Part shown: in pieces, positions 10,228-20,357 of the stretch
Layout of the letters: every line of letters begins with the position of its first letter
How positions within the stretch are numbered: the first letter of the stretch is position 1
Assembly (NCBI GenBank): GCA_963664815.2
Contig: CAXXHB010000003.1
Coordinates: 1,664,001-1,728,000, forward strand
From: Spirochaetota bacterium
GTDB lineage: Bacteria; Spirochaetota; UBA4802; UBA5550
Direction: 5' to 3'
Length of the DNA stretch: 64,000 nt
Made by a program: the position numbers and the translations under genes
The notes under the pieces: generated by a model
Database searches by the model: none
What the model saw: only the letters and a program-made list of their open reading frames with translations
Told to the model about the DNA's origin: nothing

Positions 10228-10419
10228 TGATTTAACAAGTTTATTCTATACAGAAGTAGATTATATATAATTATCTGTTAATAGAGGTGTACCTCAATAT
10301 TACTGACAATATTATTGTCAGGAAATGGGAAAATGTATATGGCAGGGAAAGGATAGAAAACTGGATAAGGACGCCTTAAAACAGTAGCGGTGAACTAGAT
10401 TTTACAGAGAAGATATAGC

Positions 10420-10857
10420 TTGAAGGAGCATAGTGTGGATAACCGGATATTTTTTCTCATTTCAAAAACAGAAAATGCGATGAACTCATATATAAAACAG
10501 CAGTTTGCTAAAGCCGGACTTAAAGTCACTCCGGGACAGCTCGCTATCCTTTTTCTGCTTAAAGGAAAAAACAGGCAGAGTATGACTGATCTGAGCCAGG
10601 GGCTTGAAATAGACAATTCGGCGATGACAAGACTGATAGACAGGCTTGAAAAAAACGGTCTTGTAGAGAGAAATAACAGCACGAATGACAGAAGAGAATA
10701 TCATATAATAATAACTGAAGCAGGAATTCTTGAAACAGAAAGGGTCAAAAAGGTTATCGTTGCTATAAATAAAAAAATTGAAGATGAATTTTCACTAAAA
10801 GAGCTGGATGAATTTAAAAGGACATTAATGAGAATGAACTCATTATTTATGAATTAA
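10420..10857 (+). CDS. MarR family transcriptional regulator
   Basis: VTPGQL..SMTDLS..IDNSAMTRLIDRLEKNGLVER..DRR wHTH pattern; TTG start. Confidence 0.93.
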   Translation: MKEHSVDNRIFFLISKTENAMNSYIKQQFAKAGLKVTPGQLAILFLLKGKNRQSMTDLSQGLEIDNSAMTRLIDRLEKNGLVERNNSTNDRREYHIIITEAGILETERVKKVIVAINKKIEDEFSLKELDEFKRTLMRMNSLFMN

Positions 10858-10982
10858 ATATTCTATCCGGAATTACTGTTCTGTGCGTTCCGGATGAATA
10901 GAAGATCTGTAGTGGATTCACATGTTATGTATTTCCGCAGTTTCAAGGTATTGATAAAAGTCTTTTCATAAAGGGGGAGAAG

Positions 10983-12005
10983 ATGAACAGTAAAAACCTG
11001 AGTGGTCTTATTGAAGAGAGAAACGGCATATATATTATCCGCCAGCAGATGCCCTATCCATTGAAGGAGAATAACGCATATCTTGCTGAATCGTCCGACG
11101 GTTGGACTGTTATTGATCTTGGCATTGATATTCCTCAAACGAGGGAGTTGTGGAGTGAGGCGATAAAAACAGCAGGTATTAAATTTTCCCATATAAACAA
11201 AATTATTGTTACACATTGTCACCCCGATCACCTGGGAGCTGCGGCGTGGATGCAGCGCGTTACCGGAGCGCCTGTTTACATGTCGCAGATTGACATGGAT
11301 ATTGCAAATACCTATGTTTTCCTGAAAGGGGATAAGTATAAAACATATGAAAAAGCCATAAGAGAAGCAGCCGAAAAAAATGATTTTGGTGAAGATAAAA
11401 TAAGACGTCTTGTGGTTGACTGGTGCGATAATGTTATACCGCTTTTCCCCGAACCGGATGTTATTGAAGTTCTGAATGAGGATGAAGAGATTATACTTTC
11501 AGGTTTTCCTTATCATGTAAAAATCCTTCCGGGGCACAGCGACGGACAGATAGTTCTATGGTGCAGGGATAACAGAACTCTTTTCTCAGGGGATATCTTC
11601 ACAGAAAATGGATATCTGCATTTTGCCGATTGGCCTCATACAAATAATAATAATCCTCTGAAAGATTTCCTGAATTCAGTCAGTATAATTGAAGAGATGA
11701 ACCCGGAAATCATTTACCCTGGTCATGGAAGACCGGTTACATCCTGTAAAGAAATTTTTTCCAGGCTTCGTTACAGGCATAACAAACTTCTGGAAACATT
11801 CGCGAATTTAATTACAGAACCGGTTACAGTGGGGAAACTATACGAAAATGTATTTCCGGTACCGCAGGAAGGGGAATATGCCGACTATATTCATCATCAC
11901 AGAATTCTTATGGGAGAGACTGAAGGTTACCTTAATTACCTGGCCTGCAGCGGCAGGATCTCTGTAAGGACAGAAAGGGGTAGAGTTGTTTACTATCCCC
12001 TATAG
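10983..12005 (+). CDS. MBL-fold metallo-hydrolase
   Basis: THCHPDH, PGHS, FSGD and YPGHG motifs. Confidence 0.9.
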   Translation: MNSKNLSGLIEERNGIYIIRQQMPYPLKENNAYLAESSDGWTVIDLGIDIPQTRELWSEAIKTAGIKFSHINKIIVTHCHPDHLGAAAWMQRVTGAPVYMSQIDMDIANTYVFLKGDKYKTYEKAIREAAEKNDFGEDKIRRLVVDWCDNVIPLFPEPDVIEVLNEDEEIILSGFPYHVKILPGHSDGQIVLWCRDNRTLFSGDIFTENGYLHFADWPHTNNNNPLKDFLNSVSIIEEMNPEIIYPGHGRPVTSCKEIFSRLRYRHNKLLETFANLITEPVTVGKLYENVFPVPQEGEYADYIHHHRILMGETEGYLNYLACSGRISVRTERGRVVYYPL

Positions 12006-12077
12006 AACAGATAAAATTATTATATAAGAAAAGAGTTTGTTTGATATGCCTCGTCTACTGATAATTTAGGAGATCTA

Positions 12078-12761
12078 ATGATGGAAACAGACATTGTATC
12101 AGCCAGATTTAACCAGATTGCTTCAAAGTATGATGAACAGCGACGATATTTTATTCCCGGTTTTGATGATTTTTATAAAACGGGTATTTCGCTTGTTTTA
12201 AAAATCAGGAGAGAGATTAAATCAATACTGGATCTGGGAGCAGGTACCGGTCTGCTTACAAAATATCTCTTTGATAATTATCCGGATGCGCGCTTCACCC
12301 TGGTCGATGTTTCAGATAAAATGCTTGATATTGCCCGTCAAAGGTTTTCCGGCATGGAAAATTTTAAATATGTTGTTTCCGATTATTCTGAGAGACTGCC
12401 TGGTAATAATTTTGATCTGATAGCTTCTGCCCTCTCTATTCATCATTTAACTGACGAGAGCAAATTGAATCTGTATTATAATGTCTACGACAGACTTGAT
12501 GAAAAAGGTCTGTTTCTTAATCTGGACCAGTTCAACGCTGAAACGGAATTGATTAATAAATGTTATAATGAATTGTGGTATGATTATCTACTCAGAAGTA
12601 ATCTTGCAGCGGATGAACTCGAATCCTGGCGGCAAAGGCGTGAACTGGATAGGGAGAATTCAATATCGGATACACTGAATTTGTTGAATAAAGCAAGATT
12701 TAAAACTGTAGAGTGTATCTACAGCAATATGAAATTCGGAGTTATCCTGGCAATGAAATAA
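12078..12761 (+). CDS. Class I SAM-dependent methyltransferase
   Basis: ILDLGAGTG motif I and SALSIHHL; GGAG RBS. Confidence 0.9.
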   Translation: MMETDIVSARFNQIASKYDEQRRYFIPGFDDFYKTGISLVLKIRREIKSILDLGAGTGLLTKYLFDNYPDARFTLVDVSDKMLDIARQRFSGMENFKYVVSDYSERLPGNNFDLIASALSIHHLTDESKLNLYYNVYDRLDEKGLFLNLDQFNAETELINKCYNELWYDYLLRSNLAADELESWRQRRELDRENSISDTLNLLNKARFKTVECIYSNMKFGVILAMK

Positions 12762-12841
12762 ATCAGTTCTTCGGATATGCAAACTGTGATTAATCTGTTC
12801 AGCAATGTGGATTAAATATAAAGGATTATGACACAGAATTT

Positions 12842-13603
12842 TTAAGGCATAATGTGTATTTCAGTACTGCGTCGATTCATGCTTTGTTTTCGCCATTTGT
12901 TGAATTCTTTTTCCAGGATGGCTACTGCCGAATTACCATGTTTGTCAAGTCCGTAGACGACAATATCAAGGTATGGATTTTTTTTATTATTTCCTTTTTT
13001 ATAAACTGTAACAAATGCTGAACTGGCTCTCTGTTTACCGCAGCGTTTATCACCACCGGTATAAGCTCCTGTTGATAATGCAGCTACAAGACGTTCAGCA
13101 AGCTTTTTCTTTCTCCCTTTATAGAATGCTGAGTATGCCTTATCGATCATATCTTTGTTTGCAAGGCAGTTTCCAAGAACAGCAACTTCTTTTCCTGTTT
13201 TAACTTCTTTACAGTTGGAGATCTGATCACCGGAGTAAGTTGCTGCCGGTTCACCGTCATTCAGTAATACAATGCCATACTGCTGGTTTTCCGGATCAAA
13301 GCGTTTGTCGCGCAATGCTTCAATGATCTCCGAGGATGTGGCTCCTTCATCTATCAGCCTGGCTCCATGCTCACGCGCATCTTTGTTACTGCACGCCTGG
13401 ACTACAATAACACCTTTACCGGGAATAACATCCCCGATGCCATGTACATTATATGTGCATGAGGCTCCGGCAATGCCAACTTCACCGGTTTTACGGTCTA
13501 CAGCTATTATAGACCACGTAGCATGCGCGTACGTGGCAGCGTAAAGTGATATGATTATAGTAAGATATAATTTGCGCATTGTTTGTATTTTTATGCTTCC
13601 CAT
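12842..13603 (-). CDS. DUF1028 family Ntn-hydrolase-like exported protein
   Basis: Signal peptide ending AHA, mature N-terminus TWSIIAVD..TGEVG, GGDKRC motif. The true start may be ATG 13579. Confidence 0.85.
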   Translation of the reverse strand: MGSIKIQTMRKLYLTIIISLYAATYAHATWSIIAVDRKTGEVGIAGASCTYNVHGIGDVIPGKGVIVVQACSNKDAREHGARLIDEGATSSEIIEALRDKRFDPENQQYGIVLLNDGEPAATYSGDQISNCKEVKTGKEVAVLGNCLANKDMIDKAYSAFYKGRKKKLAERLVAALSTGAYTGGDKRCGKQRASSAFVTVYKKGNNKKNPYLDIVVYGLDKHGNSAVAILEKEFNKWRKQSMNRRSTEIHIMP

Positions 13604-13825
13604 GTGATGATTGCCTTTATATTTTAAACAGCTTTTTTATTAATATCGGTAAGTTGCAGGAATAATAGATATAATAACCGGAATATTTTTTCGGAATAAT
13701 GCTTATTATATGCTACCAGCAACCCGGTTATTCTGTGCTGTAAGTATAAAATCAGGTTGAAATATTTTCATTTGATTTTTTATTTTATTATTTATCATAT
13801 AATCATAAAGGAAAATGGTTACGGT

Positions 13826-14398
13826 TTGAATGGTAAAACTATTATTATAATACATGAAATATATGGCGTTACAGGTAATCTTTTAAAGCTTAAAAGCAGA
13901 CTTATAAAAAAAGGATTCTCCGTAATTTTACCGTCACTATACGATGACAACTATTGCGGGTTTGATGAACAGAAATCATACAAAAAATTTTATGATGAAG
14001 TCGGAGTTGATAAGGGATTTAAATTAATTGATAAGGTAATCACAGGGAATGCCGACTCTGAAATAATTCTTGTTGGATTCAGTGTCGGTGCAACTATAGC
14101 ATGGCTGCATTCAGCGGATAAAAGAATAAGCACTGTAATAGGAATTTACGGGTCGAGGATAAGAGAATATCCTGACATTACACCTTCAGCTCAGTCATAT
14201 CTATTTTTCTGCAGGGAAAAATCATTTGATATTATTCCTTTAATTGATGAACTGAATAAGAAAAATAATGTAACAGCATGCATTATAAATGGGGAGCATG
14301 GATTTTACAGCTTTTCAGGAGAAAATAATAAAAGTTTAATAACAAAAATTGATAAAAAGATATTCAGAATACTCGGGTTTAATGAAATCCTGTTTTAA
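13826..14398 (+). CDS. Dienelactone hydrolase family alpha/beta hydrolase
   Basis: HEIYGV, GFSVG nucleophile elbow, YGSRIR and HGF motifs. Start uncertain (TTG 13826 versus ORF-track 13757). Confidence 0.8.
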   Translation: MNGKTIIIIHEIYGVTGNLLKLKSRLIKKGFSVILPSLYDDNYCGFDEQKSYKKFYDEVGVDKGFKLIDKVITGNADSEIILVGFSVGATIAWLHSADKRISTVIGIYGSRIREYPDITPSAQSYLFFCREKSFDIIPLIDELNKKNNVTACIINGEHGFYSFSGENNKSLITKIDKKIFRILGFNEILF

Positions 14399-14507
14399 GC
14401 AGTATGGACCTGGTTTAAACATCAATTGTTGTATATCCCAAGATAAAAAAATGCACCAATATCAAAAATTAATGTCGATAAAAGAGTAAATGGAGTTGTA
14501 ATATTAC

Positions 14508-14999
14508 ATGAATGAATATCTTAAACTTATAGGGTTTTTCAACGATTTTTCAGACGATGATCTGAATGTCGTGAGTCGCATAATCGAGGTGATCTCAACC
14601 AGAGACATGGAAATGATTATCAGGGAAAATGATGATCCAACAGGTCTTTATTTCATCGTAAAAGGGGACTTCGATGTAGTGAAACAGATAAGTGGTAATA
14701 AATATAAGCGCCTTAATCAACTTGAACGCGGAGATTTTTTCGGAGAGATGTCTATCCTTAATAATGAAAAGTATTCAGCCTCAGTTGTGTGTCGGAGCAG
14801 TGGAATTCTGTTATTTATTTCGAAAGGAGCCTTTGACGATATGAGTAAGAATGACTCGCGATTTTCACTGAAAATAATGAAAGAGCTGGCAACAGTTCTG
14901 GCACAGAGATTGAGACGTATGAATATGAAATACGGCATGTCTGTGGCTCAACTGGATTCAAAATCCGTTAACCGGGATTTTAAATCAATTTATCAGTAA
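14508..14999 (+). CDS. Stand-alone cyclic nucleotide-binding domain protein
   Basis: LYFIVKG..GDFFGEMSIL..SASV cNMP pattern; no Crp HTH follows. Confidence 0.85.
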   Translation: MNEYLKLIGFFNDFSDDDLNVVSRIIEVISTRDMEMIIRENDDPTGLYFIVKGDFDVVKQISGNKYKRLNQLERGDFFGEMSILNNEKYSASVVCRSSGILLFISKGAFDDMSKNDSRFSLKIMKELATVLAQRLRRMNMKYGMSVAQLDSKSVNRDFKSIYQ

Positions 15000-15020
15000 A
15001 AAAATATTCGTGAGCAGATA

Positions 15021-15419
15021 ATGAAAAGAATACAAACAATAATTACATACATTTTAATATTTGAATCGCTATTATCATTCTCCTGCATCAGTGAGGTCAG
15101 GGTAAAAGGACAGGCTGTTAATCCGGAAAAAGAGGGAATGATCACGATACAGGTAACCGTCCTTGAATATCTTCCATTTGCATTTCATTCGGAGATTGAG
15201 GGTTGGCCGGACCAATGGTTGGACGGCTCACGGGTAAAAATTACACAGCCGGCAGTAGAGGCAGCGGAGATAATTATATATCACAATGAACCTGTACCGC
15301 AGAAATCACTTTGGAGAAAAAATGGTGCAGTGGTGACAGTTAAATTGCCCGAGACGTATCTGCATACAGAACCGGGTAAAACTGTACAGATTTTTATTGA
15401 TAAAACAAATATTCCATAG
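15021..15419 (+). CDS. Hypothetical protein, possible lipoprotein
   Basis: Basic N-terminus, hydrophobic stretch and LSFSC lipobox-like Cys. Confidence 0.55.
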   Translation: MKRIQTIITYILIFESLLSFSCISEVRVKGQAVNPEKEGMITIQVTVLEYLPFAFHSEIEGWPDQWLDGSRVKITQPAVEAAEIIIYHNEPVPQKSLWRKNGAVVTVKLPETYLHTEPGKTVQIFIDKTNIP

Positions 15420-15751
15420 ATGTGAATGCTTATAATTTATTCATCAGGAAAAGCTCTCTGTCGCAGCAGAGGGGAAATAACAAAATCATATCAATCCTTT
15501 TAACATGTAATCGTATTCATTTAACTGTTAAAATCCGACATTAACTAAATTTCAGATTAAAATATTTCTGTTGAAAATTAAACAAAATTTATTATATTAT
15601 ATAGTAATAATGATTCATGAACTTTCTATAATGGAAAATACTTTTTCCTTCAATATGCCGCAGGCAGATTGGAAGTATAACATTTTATTTTAAATAAAAT
15701 ATAACCGGGAAGTTAGATAAATGATTTAAAATATAATAAGGAGTGAAATAA

Positions 15752-16384
15752 ATGAATATACTTGATGCAATTAAAGAGAGAAGGTCTATTAATTTTTTTG
15801 ATCCGGAAAGAAAAGTAACAGATGAGCAGATAAATGAGCTTATCTCGCTTGCAAACCTTTCACCATCTACTCTCAATCTTCAACCGTGGGAGGTAATTGT
15901 AGTAAATGATCCTGAACAAAAAGTAATTCTCCGTAAATGTGCCTATGATCAGCCGAAGGTAACTGAAGCATCTGCCACATTGATTATAATAGCTAATCCC
16001 AATGCTATAGAAGAAAACGTAGACAACATGGTAAAAAGCTGGATTGATCTCGGATATATCAAACCGGAAGCGGCTGCGGCAACAAGACAGATGCCTTTCG
16101 GCGCACATGGTGATAAGGATAGTATGCAGAGGAAATTCTTTGCAATAAAGAATACAGCCTTCTTTGCAATGAGCCTGATGATTGCAGCAAAAGGGCTGGG
16201 TCTTGAGACCCACCCCATGGACGGGTTCTCTTCCGATATGGTAAAGTCCGAATTTAAAATACCTGAGGACAGATTAATACCGCTTCTGATATCTGTGGGG
16301 TATCTTAAACCGGGAATAAAACTTCTTCCTCGTGCATGGAGAAGAGAGTTAAAATCATTTGTCAGGTTCAACAGTTATAAGTGA
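15752..16384 (+). CDS. Nitroreductase family protein
   Basis: RRSI..F, LSPSTLNLQPW and GLETHPMDGF motifs; AAGGAG RBS. Confidence 0.92.
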   Translation: MNILDAIKERRSINFFDPERKVTDEQINELISLANLSPSTLNLQPWEVIVVNDPEQKVILRKCAYDQPKVTEASATLIIIANPNAIEENVDNMVKSWIDLGYIKPEAAAATRQMPFGAHGDKDSMQRKFFAIKNTAFFAMSLMIAAKGLGLETHPMDGFSSDMVKSEFKIPEDRLIPLLISVGYLKPGIKLLPRAWRRELKSFVRFNSYK

Positions 16385-16443
16385 TTGAGCGGGCGGTTGT
16401 CTTGTATAAATTTTCTGCGATGTAAAATGATGTAAAATAAGGA

Positions 16444-16486
16444 ACCCGGTTTTATAAATGTTTATTGATGCTTGATAAAACCGGGT
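16444..16486. terminator. Bidirectional terminator between convergent genes
   Basis: ACCCGGTTTTAT ... ATAAAACCGGGT inverted repeat. Confidence 0.6.
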
Positions 16487-16492
16487 AAAATT

Positions 16493-16939
16493 CTATTTCT
16501 GTTTATTCTCCCCGAAAGTTGAAATAAGTCCTTTTATAAACTCCTCTTTTTCGGCTGGTGTCAGTTTGGCTTCAGGATGTGCCGGTAAATAAAAAAACGG
16601 GGGCATTTCACCATCTCTTAGTTCACTGGCAGTTTCATTTCCCTTGTTCTTCGAGTTTCTTCCCCATTCTGAAACATTAAGATTTTCACGGCCCTCATTA
16701 ACATCAGACTGTATTAACCATGAAGCAGGGGCAATTCTGCTGTACCAGGGCCATGTTGTTTTGTTGCTGTGACAATTACCACACACACGATAAAAAAGTC
16801 CCTGAGTGCGGGGTGAATCCCATTTCGGTTCAGCTACAATCGGGGGATTTGTGTGATTTTTACCATACGGTATTAATTGAATAAAGGCGAACAGAAGAAC
16901 GAGAATAATCAGAATTTTAAAAATTTTTTTAATATCCAT
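16493..16939 (-). CDS. Heme-binding domain (monoheme cytochrome c) protein
   Basis: N-terminal TM anchor, CGNCHS heme motif, WPWYS..P and MPP. Start placed at MDIKK (16939), after GGAG. Confidence 0.85.
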   Translation of the reverse strand: MDIKKIFKILIILVLLFAFIQLIPYGKNHTNPPIVAEPKWDSPRTQGLFYRVCGNCHSNKTTWPWYSRIAPASWLIQSDVNEGRENLNVSEWGRNSKNKGNETASELRDGEMPPFFYLPAHPEAKLTPAEKEEFIKGLISTFGENKQK

Positions 16940-17060
16940 TTTTAACTCCGTCGTTTTAATATATTTAATCAAACTGAAATTACTTATTAATATAGGCAAT
17001 TATAAACTAATTGTCAAGTAATGAATAATGTTAAATTTTATTGCAGATTGAACATCAGGT

Positions 17061-17108
17061 TAAGACATTAAAAAGGCCGCCTTGAATAGCAGCCTTTTTA
17101 ATGTCTTA
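17061..17108 (-). terminator. Rho-independent terminator of the cold-shock gene
   Basis: TAAGACATTAAAAAGGC ... GCCTTTTTAATGTCTTA stem. Confidence 0.75.
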
Positions 17109-17124
17109 AATATCAACCTGATGG

Positions 17125-17331
17125 TTAGATTACAGTTACGTTTATTGCTCTGGGACCTTTGTCACCCCTTTCAGATTCGAAAGTAACTTCGGCTCCTTCG
17201 GCAAGTGTTTTGAAACCCTGTGAATTTATACCTGAATGATGAACGAATATATCTTCGCCTTTCTCGGATGTGATAAACCCGAAACCTTTCTGATCATTAA
17301 ACCATTTTACTGTGCCTTGTTGTTGTGCCAT
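17125..17331 (-). CDS. cspA: Cold-shock protein
   Basis: GTVKWFN, KGFGFI (RNP1) and DIFVH (RNP2) motifs. Confidence 0.95.
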   Translation of the reverse strand: MAQQQGTVKWFNDQKGFGFITSEKGEDIFVHHSGINSQGFKTLAEGAEVTFESERGDKGPRAINVTVI

Positions 17332-17547
17332 TTGCGGACTCCTGTGATAAAATATAGGGATTACCCCTTCGAAGTACTCTATTAAAAACTGCTATGATAT
17401 TTGCCCGGGAAAAAACGAGGAAAGTGATAGTAGAGAAAAAATATGTAATCGATAAAACCATTATTAGAAGATGTATATAATTGTCAATGTAAAAAAATAA
17501 AAAAATGAGCATAATTTAAAAAAATCACAAAAGATCAGAATATCAGG

Positions 17548-17615
17548 ATATCCCGTAATGACTCCCTTTATCTCTTCGCCATGAAAGTGAAATAAAGGGA
17601 GTTATTACGGGATAT
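17548..17615 (-). terminator. Long stem-loop downstream of the acyl-CoA ligase
   Basis: ATATCCCGTAATGACTCCCTTTAT / ATAAAGGGAGTTATTACGGGATAT, a 24-bp stem with one mismatch. Confidence 0.7.
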
Positions 17616-17622
17616 TAAAAAT

Positions 17623-19335
17623 TTATTTCTTTATCTCCTGCAGAGCTTTTTCGCGCAGAGCTTTTCTGTCGGCTTTTCCAACGGCTGTGCGGGGTAGTTC
17701 TTCAACAAACTCTATAAAACGGGGGACTTTATAACCTGAAAGCGATTCCCTGCAGTATGTTGCAAGTTCCTCGGCTGTGGCGGTTTCACCGGGGTTAAGT
17801 GCTACATATGATTTAACAGACTCACCCTGTTTTTCGTCTGGTATACCGATTGTACATGCCTCTCTTACCTTGGGATGTTTAAACAGAACCTCATCTACAT
17901 CACGTGGATAAACATTCAACCCGTTTACAATTATCATATCCTTTTTACGGTCTAATATGAAGAGAAACCCCTCCTCATCTATTGTTACAATATCACCGGT
18001 ATAAAGCCATCCGTCAATAATTGTCTTTGCCGTCTCTTCAGGGTTTTTCCAGTATTCAGTGATAAACTGCGGTCCGCGGCATATAAGCTCGCCTGGTTCG
18101 TTCCTCGGCATAACCTTTCTTCCCGTTTCAACATCTACAACCACAAGATCTGTATCGGGCCATATAATTCCGCAGCTTCCGAATTTGCGTTTTGTCCTTA
18201 CCGGATTTACCGTGTAGATATTAATTGTTTCTGACATTCCTGCTCCCTCTACAATTCTTCCGCCAGAAAGTTCTTCAAACTTCTGAAGTGTTCCGACTGC
18301 AAGAGGAGCTGACCCGCAGAATATCCCTTTTATAGCTTTAACCTTGGATGTTCCGATCTCCGGATGATTAATCAGACCGATAATCATTGCAGGTATTGAT
18401 GCCCATATATTCGGTTCATGCTTATTAATAGCTTCAATAAGGTTATCAGGTGTGGGTTGGGCAACAAGTGTAATGGAACCACCTGTATGCAGGTTGCTGT
18501 TTACACATCCGTTATAACCGTAAATGTGGTTAAGGGGGATAGCGCAGAGGGTGTTCATGATCTCTCCGGGAATAGCTTCGGAAAGCCAGTCTCCAGTCCG
18601 CACAGCCTGTGTCATGTTCATGGCATTGGTGTGGACGCAGCCCTTGGGGACACCGGTAGTTCCCCCTGTATACTGTAGTTTTGAAATATCTGAGGGATAT
18701 ACGGCTATATCGGGCTCCCTGTCGGATGCAGCCCCGGCTATTGCATTAAAATCAAAGATATCCGGAGCCTTTTCAACTTCGACCGGCGCCGCAGGTGATT
18801 GTACTACAATAACACGCTTAACCGGTGTGGCAGGGTTTCGCATTATAGTAATAGCCTTCTGGGCAAAGGGAGCAAAGACGATAATTGTTTCAGCACCGCT
18901 GTCGGTTAATTGAAATGTAAGCTCTGGCACCGTATAAAGAACATTTGTAGGGACTTCAATTCCCCCGAACTTGAAAAGAGCCTGCAGACTGATTATGTAC
19001 TGAGGAATATTCGGAAGCATAACTGAAACCCGGTCACCTTTTTTTACACTGAGATCAATGAGCGCATTGGCAAGCTTCTTTGCGAACGTATTGACTGTGG
19101 CATAGTTAAGTTTGACATCATTAAAAATCAGGTAACTTCTTTCGGGATTCTTTTCGGTCCATTTGTTAAAAAGATCCTTAAGCGGTACATCTGGATAAAC
19201 AGGATTGGCAAACTCTTTTCTGTCGTAGAATTGTATCCATTTGTCGCGCCATTTTAATATATCATCATCAAAGTCTTTGAGCCATGGTTTTTCGGCATAC
19301 ATCAGTGAACTTTTTTTTATTCTTTCCCTATACAT
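17623..19335 (-). CDS. Long-chain-fatty-acid--CoA ligase
   Basis: AMP-binding motif QYTGGTTGVPKG, plus EGAGMSE, GWLYTGD and DRKKDMII; GGAGG RBS. Confidence 0.9.
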   Translation of the reverse strand: MYRERIKKSSLMYAEKPWLKDFDDDILKWRDKWIQFYDRKEFANPVYPDVPLKDLFNKWTEKNPERSYLIFNDVKLNYATVNTFAKKLANALIDLSVKKGDRVSVMLPNIPQYIISLQALFKFGGIEVPTNVLYTVPELTFQLTDSGAETIIVFAPFAQKAITIMRNPATPVKRVIVVQSPAAPVEVEKAPDIFDFNAIAGAASDREPDIAVYPSDISKLQYTGGTTGVPKGCVHTNAMNMTQAVRTGDWLSEAIPGEIMNTLCAIPLNHIYGYNGCVNSNLHTGGSITLVAQPTPDNLIEAINKHEPNIWASIPAMIIGLINHPEIGTSKVKAIKGIFCGSAPLAVGTLQKFEELSGGRIVEGAGMSETINIYTVNPVRTKRKFGSCGIIWPDTDLVVVDVETGRKVMPRNEPGELICRGPQFITEYWKNPEETAKTIIDGWLYTGDIVTIDEEGFLFILDRKKDMIIVNGLNVYPRDVDEVLFKHPKVREACTIGIPDEKQGESVKSYVALNPGETATAEELATYCRESLSGYKVPRFIEFVEELPRTAVGKADRKALREKALQEIKK

Positions 19336-19673
19336 TTAAACCTCCTGACAGTTAAATAAGTTCTGAAACAGAGTTTTAAAACGTGCTGTTTCATAGTGCA
19401 TCGAAATAAAAATAGAACTACAGACTGGAATTATGCATAAAAAAATAAGTAAGTCAATATATAAAATAAAAATATATTACAATATATAATTATTGAGAGT
19501 TAAAATATAATAGATGCTTCTATATAATGAGTAAAAACAAACCAGATGTTATAAAATCTGTTTTCAATTGTATACCGGATATAAATAATCTTCAGGATTT
19601 TCAATGGGAATATTGAGAGATATTGATTGACAATTAATAATATATTATCTAAAAAGTCTAAAATTTTAATACC

Positions 19674-19702
19674 TTGCATTTTGTCTAAGGGGGGGTTATG
19701 CT
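19674..19702 (+). promoter_or_regulatory. Sigma70-type promoter of the RNHCP-rsgA operon
   Basis: TTGCAT-N17-TATGCT. Confidence 0.45.
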
Positions 19703-19958
19703 GGATTTTGTTAGAGGGATGTTCCTGCCCAGGGATTGACTTCGGACATAATTTTATTCTTAAAAAATTTTTCCGCAAATAATTCATTTTAAGTCTTTCC
19801 TTCTTTTTACCCTGTGTAAACAGGGCAGGTCATCGTTATCTTTTTAAATTACATGTCATTGTCTTGAACCCAAACAGGTTTACAACAACTATGTTCATAT
19901 TGTCAGGGGGCAAGCTTTGCAGCATAATTATCTATAAAAAATGATTCAGGGGAAAACA

Positions 19959-20357
19959 ATGTCGAGAACAGAAAACAAAGTTAAAAATAAAACGGAAGCT
20001 TTTATATGTAAAAAATGCGGGAAAGGAGTGCTTGAGCCGGAAGCGGGGACCATGTACAGGAATCATTGCCCGGACTGTTTGTGGAGCATGCATGTTGATC
20101 TTTGTACCGGAGACAGGATGTCTGTATGCAGGGGTATGATGGAGCCTGTCGGTGTGTGGGTGAAAGACAGTAACGAATGGTCTCTTATTCATAGATGTGT
20201 GAAATGCGGTTTTATAAGGGCTAACAGGATAGCGGGGGATGACAGTCAAACAATGTTAATGAAAATCGCGCTTAAGCCTGCAATAAAGTTTCCATTCCCG
20301 CAAGATATTTCAGATGAAGAAAAACAGAAGTCCGAGAATTACGGAGGATTAAAATGA
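19959..20357 (+). CDS. RNHCP domain-containing protein
   Basis: FICKKCG, YRNHCPDCLWSMHVD, HRCVKCG and RIAGDD motifs. The stop overlaps the rsgA start (ATGA). Start is 19959 (after AGGGG) or 19941. Confidence 0.9.
   Translation: MSRTENKVKNKTEAFICKKCGKGVLEPEAGTMYRNHCPDCLWSMHVDLCTGDRMSVCRGMMEPVGVWVKDSNEWSLIHRCVKCGFIRANRIAGDDSQTMLMKIALKPAIKFPFPQDISDEEKQKSENYGGLK

Noticed and set aside
19500-19787. 95-aa minus-strand ORF, and similar ORFs at 21578-21817, 22738-22977, 1952-2188 and 50515-50820
   Set aside because: They lie in AT-rich promoter or terminator DNA or antisense to better ORFs, with no RBS or motif.
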